Assembly: GCA_963850905.1 (NCBI GenBank)
Contig: CAWKMU010000003.1
Location: forward strand, 3,008,001 to 3,072,000
Source: an uncultured Gemmatimonadales bacterium
GTDB lineage: Bacteria; Gemmatimonadota; Gemmatimonadetes; Gemmatimonadales; Gemmatimonadaceae
Direction: 5' to 3'
Length of the DNA: 64,000 nt
The notes under the pieces are model-generated. The model did no database searches, was not told the DNA's origin, and saw only the letters and a list, made by a program, of their open reading frames with translations. How positions within the stretch are numbered: the first letter of the stretch is position 1; each line of letters starts with the position of its first letter. Positions 49,608 through 60,090 of the stretch are shown here, in pieces. The position numbers and the translations under genes were made by a program.

Positions 49608-52600
49608 ATGGGCATTACGTCAGTCGCCGCGGTCCGCCGCGGCGCGCTGGGGCTTGCGCTATTGGCGCTAGCCCCCTTCGCGCGGACCGCGCGCGCGCAG
49701 CAGGAAACGCGGGTCACCGGTCACGTCGTTGATGCGGAGAACAAGCCGGTTCCGGCGGCACAGATCGTCGTGACCGGCACGACAATTGGACAGAACACCT
49801 CGGATAGCGGCACGTTCGCCCTCCGCATACCACCTGACGCGAAGACCTTCACGGTCCGCCGCATCGGCTACCTGGCACGAACCATACCGATCACGGCGGG
49901 CAAGACCGAGTACACTGTGTCGTTGGAGCGCGACGTGCTCCACCTCGAGGCCCAGGTCGTGACGGGTGTCGCGACGAGCCTCGCCTCGGCCAATGCGGCC
50001 AACGCGGTGTCGGTCATCAGCACACAGGAGGTCAACGAGGTTCCCTCGCCCACGATCGAGAACTCGCTCGAAGGGAAGGTGCCGGGCGCAGTGATCGAGA
50101 ACAACAACGGCGGCGCGCCGGGCGGCGGCATTCAGATCCAGGTGCGAGGCATCACGTCCATCAACGGCAACGCCGAGCCCCTGTACGTCGTCGACGGCGT
50201 CATTGTGAACAACCAGACCATCAACGCGGGCGAGAATGCCATCAACAAGTCTGGCGGCGGCCAGACGCAGACCGGAGCGACCTGCACCGGCTGTCCGAGC
50301 ACGGAGGACAACGGCGTCAACCGGATCGCCGACATCAACCCGGATGACATCGCAAGCATCGAGATCCTCAAGGGTGCCTCGGCGTCGGCCATTTACGGGT
50401 CCAAGGCGTCGGCGGGCGTGATCGTCATCACGACGAAGCGCGGCACCACCGGCAAGCCCCGCTGGGAGCTGAACGGGCAGGCCGGCCACTACCAGATCGC
50501 CAACGAGTTCCCGGTCCGCCAGTTCCCGACACTGGCCAGTGCGCAGGCCTGGTACGTCAACGACCTCAAGGGAGGCGCGACCGGTTCGGCGCTGGCAGCG
50601 GACAACGCGTTTATCTCATCCATCTACGTGCCGGGGCAGGACTATCAGCGACAGCTGTTCGGCAACACCGCGGCATCCTATCAGGCCAACCTCGCAGTGA
50701 GCGGCACTTCGGGTGGCACGCAGTACTACGTCTCAGCGCTGTCGAAGTACGACAATGGGTCGGAGCTCAACACGTTCTACAACAAGCAGTCGCTCAACAT
50801 GACCGTGACCCAAACCTTCACGCCGAACCTGACGGTAACGGCCGGCGGGAACTACATCCACGACAACACGCAGCGCGGCATCACCGGCAACGACAACATC
50901 GGGATCAGCCCATACAATGTCTTCTCGTACACACCGCAGATCGAGAACTTCGACCATCCAGGGCCGAGTGGCGCGTGGCCGGTGAACTATTTCGGGACTG
51001 CCAACCCGATCGCCGACGCCGTCGACATCAATACGCCGCAGATCGTGAGCCGGTTCATCGCCCACGGCAGCATCAACTGGACGCCTTGGAGCACCTCGCA
51101 CCAAAGCCTCCAGCTCACGGGCATCGGTGGTGCCGACCTGTCGAGCTTCAGCGCCAACTTCTACGCCCCGCCAACGCTACAGGTCGAGTACCAGGAGCCT
51201 GATGGCCAGCCGGGCACCTCGAGCGCGAACAACGCGACGATCCAGTACATGGACTACTCCCTCAACGCGACGTACCACAACACGGTGCTCTCGTGGCTCG
51301 ACGCAACGACGGCCATCGGCTATGAGCGCGACCGCCGAACGTTGAACAACCCGGAAGTGGTCGGCTACAACCTGCTCTCCGGCGTGAACTCGCCAGAGGC
51401 AGGCACGGTTCTCAACAGCTTCTATAGCCAGTCGGAGCAGTTGGACCAGTCGTTCTACGTTCAAGAGCAGATGCTCGCGCTCAACTCCCGGCTCGCGGTC
51501 ACAGCCGGCCTGACCGGGGAGCGATCGACGGCCGACGGCGACATCAGCAAGTTCTACTACTACCCGCACTACGCGGCGTCGTACCGCGTCCCGCTCCCGC
51601 ATGCCGTGTCGTTCCTGGACGACTTCAAGTTCCGTGCGGCCTATGGACAGGCGGGGAACCTCCCGCTCTACGGGCAGAAATACACGCCGTACAACGCGCA
51701 GTTGCTTGACGGCAGCAACGGCGTGCAGCTCCCCAGCACCCTGGGCGAGGCCAACATCAAGCCGGAGTCGTCGACCGAGACGGAGCTAGGGTTCGACGCC
51801 ACGATGCTCAAGTCGCGCGCGCAGTTCACCTTCACCGTGTATCAGAAGCGGCTGACCAACCTGATCCTCCAGGCAGCGGTCTCGCCGTCGTACGGCTACA
51901 GCCAGACCTACTTGAACGGGGGCGAGTTCACGAATCAGGGCATCGAGATGTCGTTCCTGTCCACGCCCGTCCAGCTGCGGAACGGCTTCAACTGGAACAA
52001 CACACTGACGTTCTCGCGCAACTACAGCGAGGTGAACGCCACTCCGGTCCCCGCGTTCTTTGCCGGCAACGCCTTCGGGTTCGGCTCGGACTTCGTCGCG
52101 CAAGGCCGGTCGCTCACTGACATCGTCGACCCGAACATCAGCAACCCGAACGGCCAGTATCTGCAGGTCGGCGACTTCGCCAACGGCTACTTGATCTCAA
52201 TGGGCAATGAGTTCTCCTGGCACGGCTTCCGGCTCTATGGAATGTTCGACTGGAGCCGTGGCGGCAACACCGTCAACCTGACGGACCTGTATTTCGACAC
52301 CTCAACGCCGTTGGGCTCGCTGAACGCGGTATCAGACTCGGCCGCTTCGGCCAAGCGGCTGGCGTTGCTCGGCGGCGGCGCAGAGCCGTACGTGGAAACG
52401 GCGAGCTTCTTCAAGGTTCGCGAGCTTTCCCTGAGCTACACCCTCCCGGCAAGGTTGGTGGGCTCGGTCCTCACCGGGCGGGTATCGAGCGCACGCCTCT
52501 CGCTGACTGCGTACAATCTGTTCGCGATCTACAACTACCACGGGCTCGACCCCGAGGTCAGTGCTTTTGGGAATCAGGCGATCGGGCGCGGCTACGACGT

Positions 52601-52655
52601 CACTCCTTATCCACCAACCCAAAGCTATTTCCTCGGCCTCGACTTGGTGCTCTGA
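49608..52655 (+). CDS. susC: SusC/RagA-family TonB-linked outer membrane protein
   Basis: Signal peptide, carboxypeptidase-like N-terminal extension, plug ADINPDDIASIEILKGASASAIYGSKA, C-terminal GLDPEV...YPP. Confidence 0.92.
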   Translation: MGITSVAAVRRGALGLALLALAPFARTARAQQETRVTGHVVDAENKPVPAAQIVVTGTTIGQNTSDSGTFALRIPPDAKTFTVRRIGYLARTIPITAGKTEYTVSLERDVLHLEAQVVTGVATSLASANAANAVSVISTQEVNEVPSPTIENSLEGKVPGAVIENNNGGAPGGGIQIQVRGITSINGNAEPLYVVDGVIVNNQTINAGENAINKSGGGQTQTGATCTGCPSTEDNGVNRIADINPDDIASIEILKGASASAIYGSKASAGVIVITTKRGTTGKPRWELNGQAGHYQIANEFPVRQFPTLASAQAWYVNDLKGGATGSALAADNAFISSIYVPGQDYQRQLFGNTAASYQANLAVSGTSGGTQYYVSALSKYDNGSELNTFYNKQSLNMTVTQTFTPNLTVTAGGNYIHDNTQRGITGNDNIGISPYNVFSYTPQIENFDHPGPSGAWPVNYFGTANPIADAVDINTPQIVSRFIAHGSINWTPWSTSHQSLQLTGIGGADLSSFSANFYAPPTLQVEYQEPDGQPGTSSANNATIQYMDYSLNATYHNTVLSWLDATTAIGYERDRRTLNNPEVVGYNLLSGVNSPEAGTVLNSFYSQSEQLDQSFYVQEQMLALNSRLAVTAGLTGERSTADGDISKFYYYPHYAASYRVPLPHAVSFLDDFKFRAAYGQAGNLPLYGQKYTPYNAQLLDGSNGVQLPSTLGEANIKPESSTETELGFDATMLKSRAQFTFTVYQKRLTNLILQAAVSPSYGYSQTYLNGGEFTNQGIEMSFLSTPVQLRNGFNWNNTLTFSRNYSEVNATPVPAFFAGNAFGFGSDFVAQGRSLTDIVDPNISNPNGQYLQVGDFANGYLISMGNEFSWHGFRLYGMFDWSRGGNTVNLTDLYFDTSTPLGSLNAVSDSAASAKRLALLGGGAEPYVETASFFKVRELSLSYTLPARLVGSVLTGRVSSARLSLTAYNLFAIYNYHGLDPEVSAFGNQAIGRGYDVTPYPPTQSYFLGLDLVL

Positions 52656-52656
52656 C

Positions 52657-54261
52657 ATGCCATTCACATTGACCAATCCATCAAGCGCTCAATGGGCGCG
52701 CGTGCCGCGTGCCGCGGTGCTCGCCACTGGCGCGATTGCCGTCTTGGCAGCGTGCTCGGACAGCAACGTCCCCTTCTTCACGGAGCCGACGACCGTTGCG
52801 GAGACCCCGTCGGGAATTCAGAACGGGATCACCGGCATCTTTGGCGCAATGCGCGGCGACGCCGGCACGTACCTCTTTGATATTTCGGTGGGCTTCGCTC
52901 GTGACGGCTCAGTATTCACCAACACCGAGCCGCGCACGGTCCTCTATCCTCTCGGTGTGCAATTCATTCCCAACACGAGCGGCGGCATCTGGGCGGTGGA
53001 GTTCCAGAACATCCGGCAGGAGGAAGAGATCCTCGCCGCTATCCCCGGCGTCGTACCAGCATATACGGCGGCACAGGCTGCCTCGCTCACTGGCATCGTC
53101 CAGACCATGAAGGCGTACGCGTACATGATCCTGCTCCAGGCGCACGACACGCTGGGCGTCGCCATTCTGGCGTCCGCCAATCAGTCGACCCTGCCCGAGG
53201 CGGTCTGCATGAGGGACGGGTGGAAGTACGTCATTGCCCTCCTCGACTCGGCCAATACCGACCTCGTGACCGCGGGAGCGACCGCGCCCCCGGTCACCCT
53301 GCCCAGTGGATTCCAGGGCGTCGGGACATTGTCAGGGCCAGGATCGGTCACCGGATCCTTCGCTTCGTTCAACCGGGCAATGACTGTCAAGGCGCTGTTG
53401 CAGCTCGCCTATGCCATTCCACGGAACCCGCCCGCCAAAGGTGCTCCGACTCCGACGGATCCGGGCTCGCCCGACCAACCGACGCTGGCGCGCGCACTCT
53501 CGCTCTTGGACTCGACGGCAATGTTCAATGCCTCGGGCGCGCTGCTGGCGCCGCCGGCGCCGGGCGGATTCACGCCCAGTGCCAGTGACGTGACATGGGA
53601 CTTCAGCGGCGTGGCGAACGACGTCCCCAACCCCGTCGATCAGGACATCGGCGAAGAGGCCGTACTGAACGATTTGGTGACGTCAGTCGACACGGTCAAC
53701 GACCTGCGTTGGAAGGCGAAGTTCATCATCAATACCGTCCCGGTGCAGCAGCAGACGTACAATCCTGTTGCGACCGAGACGCACTTCGACGCCGCGATCG
53801 GCCACGATACGACGTACAGCTGGTTGTACTTCATGTACCCAACGCTGGGGTCGCCGATCCCGATCATACGCGGTGAAGGCATGACGCTAATCGCCGCGCA
53901 GGTCCATCTCGGGATGGGTGACTACGCAGGCGCGCTGGGGCTTGTGAACCAGGTGCGAACCACTGTCGGAGGATTGGCAGCCTATCCGGCAGGCGACGCG
54001 GGCTCGTACGTCACGACCCGCGACGATCTCATGCGAGAACAGCGCATCTCGCTCACATGGGAAGGGGGCGGCGACCGGACGATCGCGATCCGGATGTACG
54101 GGCTTGCGGCGGTCGCCGATACCACTTGGGGCACTCCCGGCCACGCTGGTGAGGCGTCGGGCGTGACGTCAGGCGATCTCCACACGACGGTCCTTCCGAT
54201 TCCGTCAGGAGAACTCAACGGACGCGGAGAGACATCGGTACTCCAGACGACGTGTCAGTAG
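52657..54261 (+). CDS. susD: SusD/RagB-like surface lipoprotein
   Basis: Starts 1 nt after susC; lipobox LAAC; PIPIIRGEG and EQRISLTWEGG.R C-terminal SusD-type motifs. Confidence 0.8.
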   Translation: MPFTLTNPSSAQWARVPRAAVLATGAIAVLAACSDSNVPFFTEPTTVAETPSGIQNGITGIFGAMRGDAGTYLFDISVGFARDGSVFTNTEPRTVLYPLGVQFIPNTSGGIWAVEFQNIRQEEEILAAIPGVVPAYTAAQAASLTGIVQTMKAYAYMILLQAHDTLGVAILASANQSTLPEAVCMRDGWKYVIALLDSANTDLVTAGATAPPVTLPSGFQGVGTLSGPGSVTGSFASFNRAMTVKALLQLAYAIPRNPPAKGAPTPTDPGSPDQPTLARALSLLDSTAMFNASGALLAPPAPGGFTPSASDVTWDFSGVANDVPNPVDQDIGEEAVLNDLVTSVDTVNDLRWKAKFIINTVPVQQQTYNPVATETHFDAAIGHDTTYSWLYFMYPTLGSPIPIIRGEGMTLIAAQVHLGMGDYAGALGLVNQVRTTVGGLAAYPAGDAGSYVTTRDDLMREQRISLTWEGGGDRTIAIRMYGLAAVADTTWGTPGHAGEASGVTSGDLHTTVLPIPSGELNGRGETSVLQTTCQ

Positions 54262-54414
54262 CGCTGCAGGGCTGAGGCGGCGGGTCCCGAGTCCGCTCGC
54301 GGGTCTCGCACGCAGCAGGTTCAACGGATGTGACGGACCATGCGTGACCACGTAGCAATTAGTGTTGCGCGTGTGACGAATCAGGGGATGTAGTACCAGT
54401 CCCGACTGCAAACA

Positions 54415-54456
54415 CAGAAGGGCTCGGTGGCTCGTAAGAGCTGTCGAGCCCTTCTG
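54415..54456 (+). terminator. GNRA-capped hairpin downstream of susD (copy 1)
   Basis: cagaagggctcggtggctc-GTAA-gagctgtcgagcccttctg. Confidence 0.6.
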
Positions 54457-54697
54457 CTTTGCAAGTCTTTTGACGCGTGTTGGCCCAACGGCCGACTTGC
54501 CCAGTTGAACTGCACATCGCTAATAAAAACCAACGAGGCGTATCAGCCGCTCGCGACCCGCGAGCGCTCTGAGTTGTTGTGAGCACGCCCGATCCCCACG
54601 ATGCACGACGGAGGCTCGCAGATGCTGGCACCGCACGTCCCGTTGGGAACGCTGTGTGACCGAGAGAATGATCCACCTTTACACGAGAGGCGGGTTC

Positions 54698-57600
54698 ATG
54701 AGCAATCCGTTTGTCAGGGCAGGGCATTGCGGTCAGCTAGTCATGGCGCTCGGTACAGTAGCGGTTCTTGTCTCGACCGCTGGAGCGCAGCAGGAGAATC
54801 GCATCACGGGGCGAGTCACTGATGCCACTGACCATGTAGCAATCCCCGCAGCCCAAATCCTCATCGTCGGCACCACGCTTGGCGGCACGACGTCGGACAG
54901 CGGCACGTTCACGTTGCGCGTGCCGACCGACGCCAAGGCCATGAGCGTGCGTCGCATCGGGTACCTGGCGCAAACAGTCACCATCACGCCAGGCAAGAGC
55001 AGCTATCAGATCGCGCTCGAGAAAGATGTCCTACGGCTCGAAACGCAGGTCGTAACCGGCCTGTCAACGACGGTCGCCTCCCAGAACGCCGCCAATGCGG
55101 TGTCCGTGGTGACAACCCAGTCGGTCAACCAGGTTCCCGCACCGACCCTCGAGAACTCGCTCGAAGGCAAAATCCCCGGCGCAGTCATCGAGTCGAACAA
55201 CGGCGGCGCCCCCGGCGGCGGTCTGCAGATGCAGATCCGTGGCGTGACGTCGATCAACGGCAACAGCAATCCGCTGTACGTCATCGACGGCGTGATCCTG
55301 GACAACAACACCGTCAACTCGGATCTCAACGCGATCAACCAGTCGGGTGGTGGGTTGTCGCCGACCGGCCAACAGAATGTCGCCGGCGCGCCGAGTCCGC
55401 AAGACAACGATCCCAACCGGATTGCGGATCTCAATCCCGATGACGTCGAGTCGATCGAGGTCCTGAAGGGCGCGTCCGCGTCCGCCATTTATGGCTCCAG
55501 GGCGTCAGCCGGCGTGGTCGTCATTACGACGAAGAAAGGGTCCACCGGAGCGCCCAAGTGGAGTTTGGACGCGCAGGTTGGCCACTTCTCGATGATGAAC
55601 AGCTATCCCGTGCGGACCTTCCCGACGCTGTCCAGCGCCCAGGCGTGGTATAACAATGACGTCGCGCATGCCACGACACCGTCGGCCATCGCCGCAGGGA
55701 ATTCGCTCGTCAGCGGCATCTACGCTGGCGACTTGAACCCGCAATTCGGACTCTTTGGGAACAGCACGCTGTCGAACCAATTCAACATCAGCGTGAGCGG
55801 CGCATCCGGCCCGACGCAGTACTACCTGTCGGCGCTATCGAAGTACGACAATGGCATCGAGCTGAACACGTATTACAAGAAGCAAGGGATCCGTGCCAAC
55901 CTCACCGAGCAGTTCATGCCCTCGCTCAGTGTCACGGCCAACCTCCAGTACGTGCACGACATCACGCAGCGCGGCGTGACGGGCAATGACAACATCGGCA
56001 TCAGTCCGTACAACGTGTTCTCGTACACACCGTCGTTCGTGAATCTCAACACCAAGAGCGCGGCGGGAGTCTGGGCGGTGAATCCGTTCGGGCCAGCGAA
56101 CCCCTTCGCGGATGCGGAGGATATCCAGACACCTCAGGACGTGAGCCGGTTCATCGGCGGCGGGTCTGTCAACTGGACGCCGTACCACTCGGCCGACAAC
56201 CGGGTGTCGATCTCGCTGCTCGGTGGCGCCGACCTGGCCAGCCTGTCCGATCTGCTCTATGCCCCTCCCCAGCTCCAGGTCGAGCAACAGATTGCCAGCG
56301 GCCTGCCGGGCACCTCGGTCTCCAACACGTCGCAGCTCAATTTTGCGAATGCGTCCCTCAATGCCGCGTGGGAATTCACCGGGTTGAAACCGGTGGACCT
56401 CACGACGTCCATCGGCGTGGCGAGCGATCGAACACAGACCTCCAACCCCGTTGCGGTCGGTTACAACCTCCTCTCTGGCGTGAATGCGCCGACCGCTGGC
56501 ACGGTTCAGCAAAACTTCTTCTACAAGACACAGGTCAACGACCAATCGTTCTACGGTCAGGAACAGGTGCTGGCCCTGGACAGTCGGCTCAACGTGACGG
56601 TCGGAGTGACCGCCGAGCGCTCGAGTGTCAACGGGGACGTCAGCCAGTTCTTTTACTACCCGCACTACGCAGCCTCGTACCGCATTCACCAGAACTTTGC
56701 GTCGTTCATCGACGAGATCAAACTGCGCGCGGCGTACGGTCAATCGGGCAACCTCGCGCCGTATGGGACCAAATACACGCCGTACAATCCCGCCCAGATC
56801 GACGGGAGCAGCGCGATCGAAGCCAACCAGCAGGTCGGAGACCCGAACCTCAAGCCCGAAACGGCGCAGGAAACCGAGTTCGGCATGGACATGACGTTCT
56901 TCAAGTCGCGCGCGCAATTCTCGGCCACGGTGTACCAGAAGCGGCTGACGAACCTGCTCCTGCAGGCCGGCGTCGCGCCGTCGCTCGGCTACTCCTTCCT
57001 CTACGAGAACGGCGGCGAATTCACTAACCAGGGGATCGAGTTGCAGCTGCAAGCGACGCCGCTGCAACTGCAAAACGGATTCACCTGGGCGGCCAACGTC
57101 AGCTACTTCCGGAACTACTCCACCGTGAACTCGTTGCCGGTACCGAACTTCAACGCGGGAGGGACCGAAGGCTTCGGCGTCGGACTATCTCGCACCGGGT
57201 CGCTCCCTGACCAATCTGTCAAACCCCAACGACGTCTTGCCGAATGGATACCCGAATCAGGTCGGAGACTTCGCTCCCGGCTGGTCGCTGTCCTTCGGCA
57301 ACGATTTCACCTGGCACGGTTTCCGTGTCTTCGGGTTGGTCGACTGGAGCGTTGGCGCGTATGCCATCAACCTGACTGACCTGTACTTCGACTCGGGCCG
57401 GAACCTCTACGCGGACTCCGCGTTGAGCGCCAACCGCCTCGCGGCGTTCGGCGCAGGCAACCAGACCGAGTACACCCAGGGTGCATCGTTCTTCAAGGTG
57501 CGTGAGCTGGTGATCAGCTACAACCTGCCGGCGAAGTGGATCAACGGCCTCTGGAACAGATTCGCGAGCGCTCGCATCTCACTCACCGGATACAACCTCT

Positions 57601-57734
57601 GGGGCATCTGGCACTACGATGGCCTCGACCCAGAGGTCACCGCCTTGGGCGCTCAGAACCTCACTCGCGGTGTCGATATCACACCATATCCGCCAGCACG
57701 CAGCTATTTCCTCGGCCTGAATCTCGGGTTCTGA
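54698..57734 (+). pseudogene. susC: SusC/RagA-family TonB-linked protein, +1 frameshift near 57179
   Basis: Close paralog of 49608. ttcggcgtcggactat minus one G restores F-G-S-D-Y (the paralog has FGSDF), and the C-terminus continues in ORF 57237-57734. Confidence 0.85.
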
Positions 57735-57735
57735 C

Positions 57736-59319
57736 ATGACACTCATATATCGACCATCAAATGGCAGTACGCGCCCCGAGGCGTCAGGACGTGTGCTGCT
57801 GGCGGTGGCTGCGGCGCTCACGATGGGCACCGTGGCCTGTTCGGAGGGGAACGTCCCGTTCTTTACGGCTCCGACGTCGGTGCCGTCCTCGGTCTCGGGG
57901 TTGCAGAACGCAGTCAGCGGCCTCTTCGCTGCGTCCCGCAACGATCTCGGAGCATTCCAAGGCATCGAGTTCAACACAGTCGCAGGCTACGCTCGCGATG
58001 GCGCGGTCTTTACTAACACGGAGCCGCGCTTCACCACCTACCCGTTGGGGGTCAACGCCATTCCCAACACGTCTGGGACGGTGTGGGCGCAGGAATACCA
58101 GAACATCACGCAGGCGCAACAGATCTTCGCCGCGTTACCAACGATCTCGACGCTGATCACGACGGCCGAAGCGACATCGATCACCGGGGTCGTGCAAACA
58201 CTACAGGCATACAACTACATGCTCATCGCCGAGGCGCACGATACGTTGGGCCTTGCGATCTTGCCCGCCGGGCTCACCGGCACCACGGCACCAGCGGCGG
58301 TATGCGACAAGAACGCGTGGCAGTACATCGTCGCGCTCCTCGACTCCGCCGAGGCTCAGCTCGTGAAGGCGGCCTCAACGATCGGCCCGATCAAGGTGCC
58401 GACCGGCTTCGCAGCGGTGTACACGACGTCCGGCCCCCCGGGAACGCTCGGGTCGTTCGCGTCGTTCAACCGCGTCCTCGCCGCCAAGGCGAATCTCGAG
58501 TTGGCGTATGCAATTGCCCGAGGTACCCCGGGCACCGCGCCCAACCCAACGAGCCTTGGTGCGCCGAACGTGGCGGCGCTGAACCAGGCGCTCACGGATT
58601 TGACCTCGTCGGCAATGTACAACCCGTCGGCGCTCGCCCCAACGCCGTCGGGCCAATTCGTGCCCGGTACATATGTCGTCACTCACGACTTCAGCACGCA
58701 GTCGCAGGACCTCGTCAATCCCGTGCAGTCACAGATTGGCACGGAGGCGCAACTCAACGATTTCGTGGCTGATGTTGACACCGTCAACGACCAACGGTGG
58801 CACGCGAAGTTCATCGTCAACCCCAACCCGGTCCAGCAGCCGCTCTACAACTCAGTGGCTTCCAAATATCTGTACAACATGTTCTCCAACCCCTCGTCCC
58901 CGATCCCAATCGTGCGGGAGGACCAGTTGGTCATCTGGCACGGCGAGATCGAGCTTGGACTGGGGAACAACGCTGCGGCGCTTGCGGATGCGAATCTGCT
59001 TCGCGAAGTAACGGGCAGTTGCGGAGCGGCCTGTCCCACGGGCGAAAAGGCCCTTACGCCGTATCCCGCGTCGGACGCGTCGAGTTATGAGACGACCCGC
59101 AACGATCTCATGGCGGAAACGCGCATCTCGACGACGTGGGAATCGAGTGCCGACCGCACGATCGAGATCCGCAACTATGGCATGCAAGCTGTCTCCGACA
59201 CCACGTGGGAGCACGAGAATCCCAACGTGACGACTGGAGATCTGCACACGACGGTGACCCCGGTCCCACAGGCGGAGATCAACGGCCGCGGCGGGACCTA
59301 CGCCACGACCTGTCAGTAA
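57736..59319 (+). CDS. susD: SusD/RagB-like surface lipoprotein
   Basis: Lipobox TVAC; paralog of 52657 (NVPFFT, FTNTEPR, HDTLG, SFASFNR, TTCQ end). Confidence 0.8.
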   Translation: MTLIYRPSNGSTRPEASGRVLLAVAAALTMGTVACSEGNVPFFTAPTSVPSSVSGLQNAVSGLFAASRNDLGAFQGIEFNTVAGYARDGAVFTNTEPRFTTYPLGVNAIPNTSGTVWAQEYQNITQAQQIFAALPTISTLITTAEATSITGVVQTLQAYNYMLIAEAHDTLGLAILPAGLTGTTAPAAVCDKNAWQYIVALLDSAEAQLVKAASTIGPIKVPTGFAAVYTTSGPPGTLGSFASFNRVLAAKANLELAYAIARGTPGTAPNPTSLGAPNVAALNQALTDLTSSAMYNPSALAPTPSGQFVPGTYVVTHDFSTQSQDLVNPVQSQIGTEAQLNDFVADVDTVNDQRWHAKFIVNPNPVQQPLYNSVASKYLYNMFSNPSSPIPIVREDQLVIWHGEIELGLGNNAAALADANLLREVTGSCGAACPTGEKALTPYPASDASSYETTRNDLMAETRISTTWESSADRTIEIRNYGMQAVSDTTWEHENPNVTTGDLHTTVTPVPQAEINGRGGTYATTCQ

Positions 59320-59350
59320 CGACCACTCGCGGACAGTCGAAGCAGCAGGC

Positions 59351-59398
59351 TGGTCAGAGGGCTCGGTGACTCGAAAGGGTCGCCGAGCCCTCTAACCA
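59351..59398 (+). terminator. GNRA-capped hairpin downstream of susD (copy 2)
   Basis: tggtcagagggctcggtgactc-GAAA-gggtcgccgagccctctaacca. Confidence 0.6.
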
Positions 59399-59410
59399 TC
59401 TACGCTGCGC

Positions 59411-59439
59411 TTGACCATTTTCCTGCATAGATCTAGCAT
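59411..59439 (+). promoter_or_regulatory. Candidate sigma70 promoter for the second multicopper oxidase module
   Basis: TTGACC-N17-TAGCAT followed by a GGAGG RBS and ATG at 59464. Confidence 0.5.
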
Positions 59440-59463
59440 AACGGCACACGGAGGTTCCAAACT

Positions 59464-60090
59464 ATGCAGGCACTCGGGGAGGCTGCGGCGAAGGCCGAAG
59501 CGCCCAGTCTCGCGCGTCTACGACCCTGGTCGGCGTCTGCCACGGCAGCCCGTACCCTCGGAGTGGTGGGAATGCTCGCACTCCTGGGCGCGCGACCAGT
59601 GACGCCTTCGCCGTCGGTGCGCGAGACCGCGCCCTCGGCCTGCTCCGCCGTCGATGGGCTGCTGCGCCCCGCACTCTACGAAATTCCGCTGCTGCCCGAT
59701 CAGGGGATGTCGGGAACCGGACTCGCGACGCTGGTGCCCGCGCCATCGCCATTTGGCATAACGGTGACGCCGGATGGACATCCAATTTTCGACGTCACCG
59801 TGACGGTCCAGAATCTCGCACCGCCGCAATCGAATGGTGGGACGCAGTACGTCGCGTGGGCGACGACCCAGGACCTCACGGACGCGGACCGGATCGGTGT
59901 CATCGGCCACGATCAGAAGGCCGTGGGCAAGGTCGCCTGGAACAAGTACATCGTCCTCGTTACCGCTGAAGGGGCGACGGTCCCTGCGCATTGGAAGGGC
60001 ACCGTCGTGCTGCGCGGATTCTCCCCGGCCACGTATTTGACCAACTACGCGAGTCACCCACTCTTCCTCGGTGGGATGCCGCCGTGCTGA
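59464..60090 (+). CDS. Hypothetical exported protein, multicopper oxidase-associated (paralog of 14886-15437)
   Basis: SPFGITVTPDGH, YVAWATTQDL and NKYIVLVTAE; overlaps the MCO start. Confidence 0.75.
   Translation: MQALGEAAAKAEAPSLARLRPWSASATAARTLGVVGMLALLGARPVTPSPSVRETAPSACSAVDGLLRPALYEIPLLPDQGMSGTGLATLVPAPSPFGITVTPDGHPIFDVTVTVQNLAPPQSNGGTQYVAWATTQDLTDADRIGVIGHDQKAVGKVAWNKYIVLVTAEGATVPAHWKGTVVLRGFSPATYLTNYASHPLFLGGMPPC

Noticed and set aside
59411..59440. CueR/MerR-type operator at the second MCO promoter
   Set aside because: The spacer is 17 bp rather than 19 bp and has no dyad symmetry.
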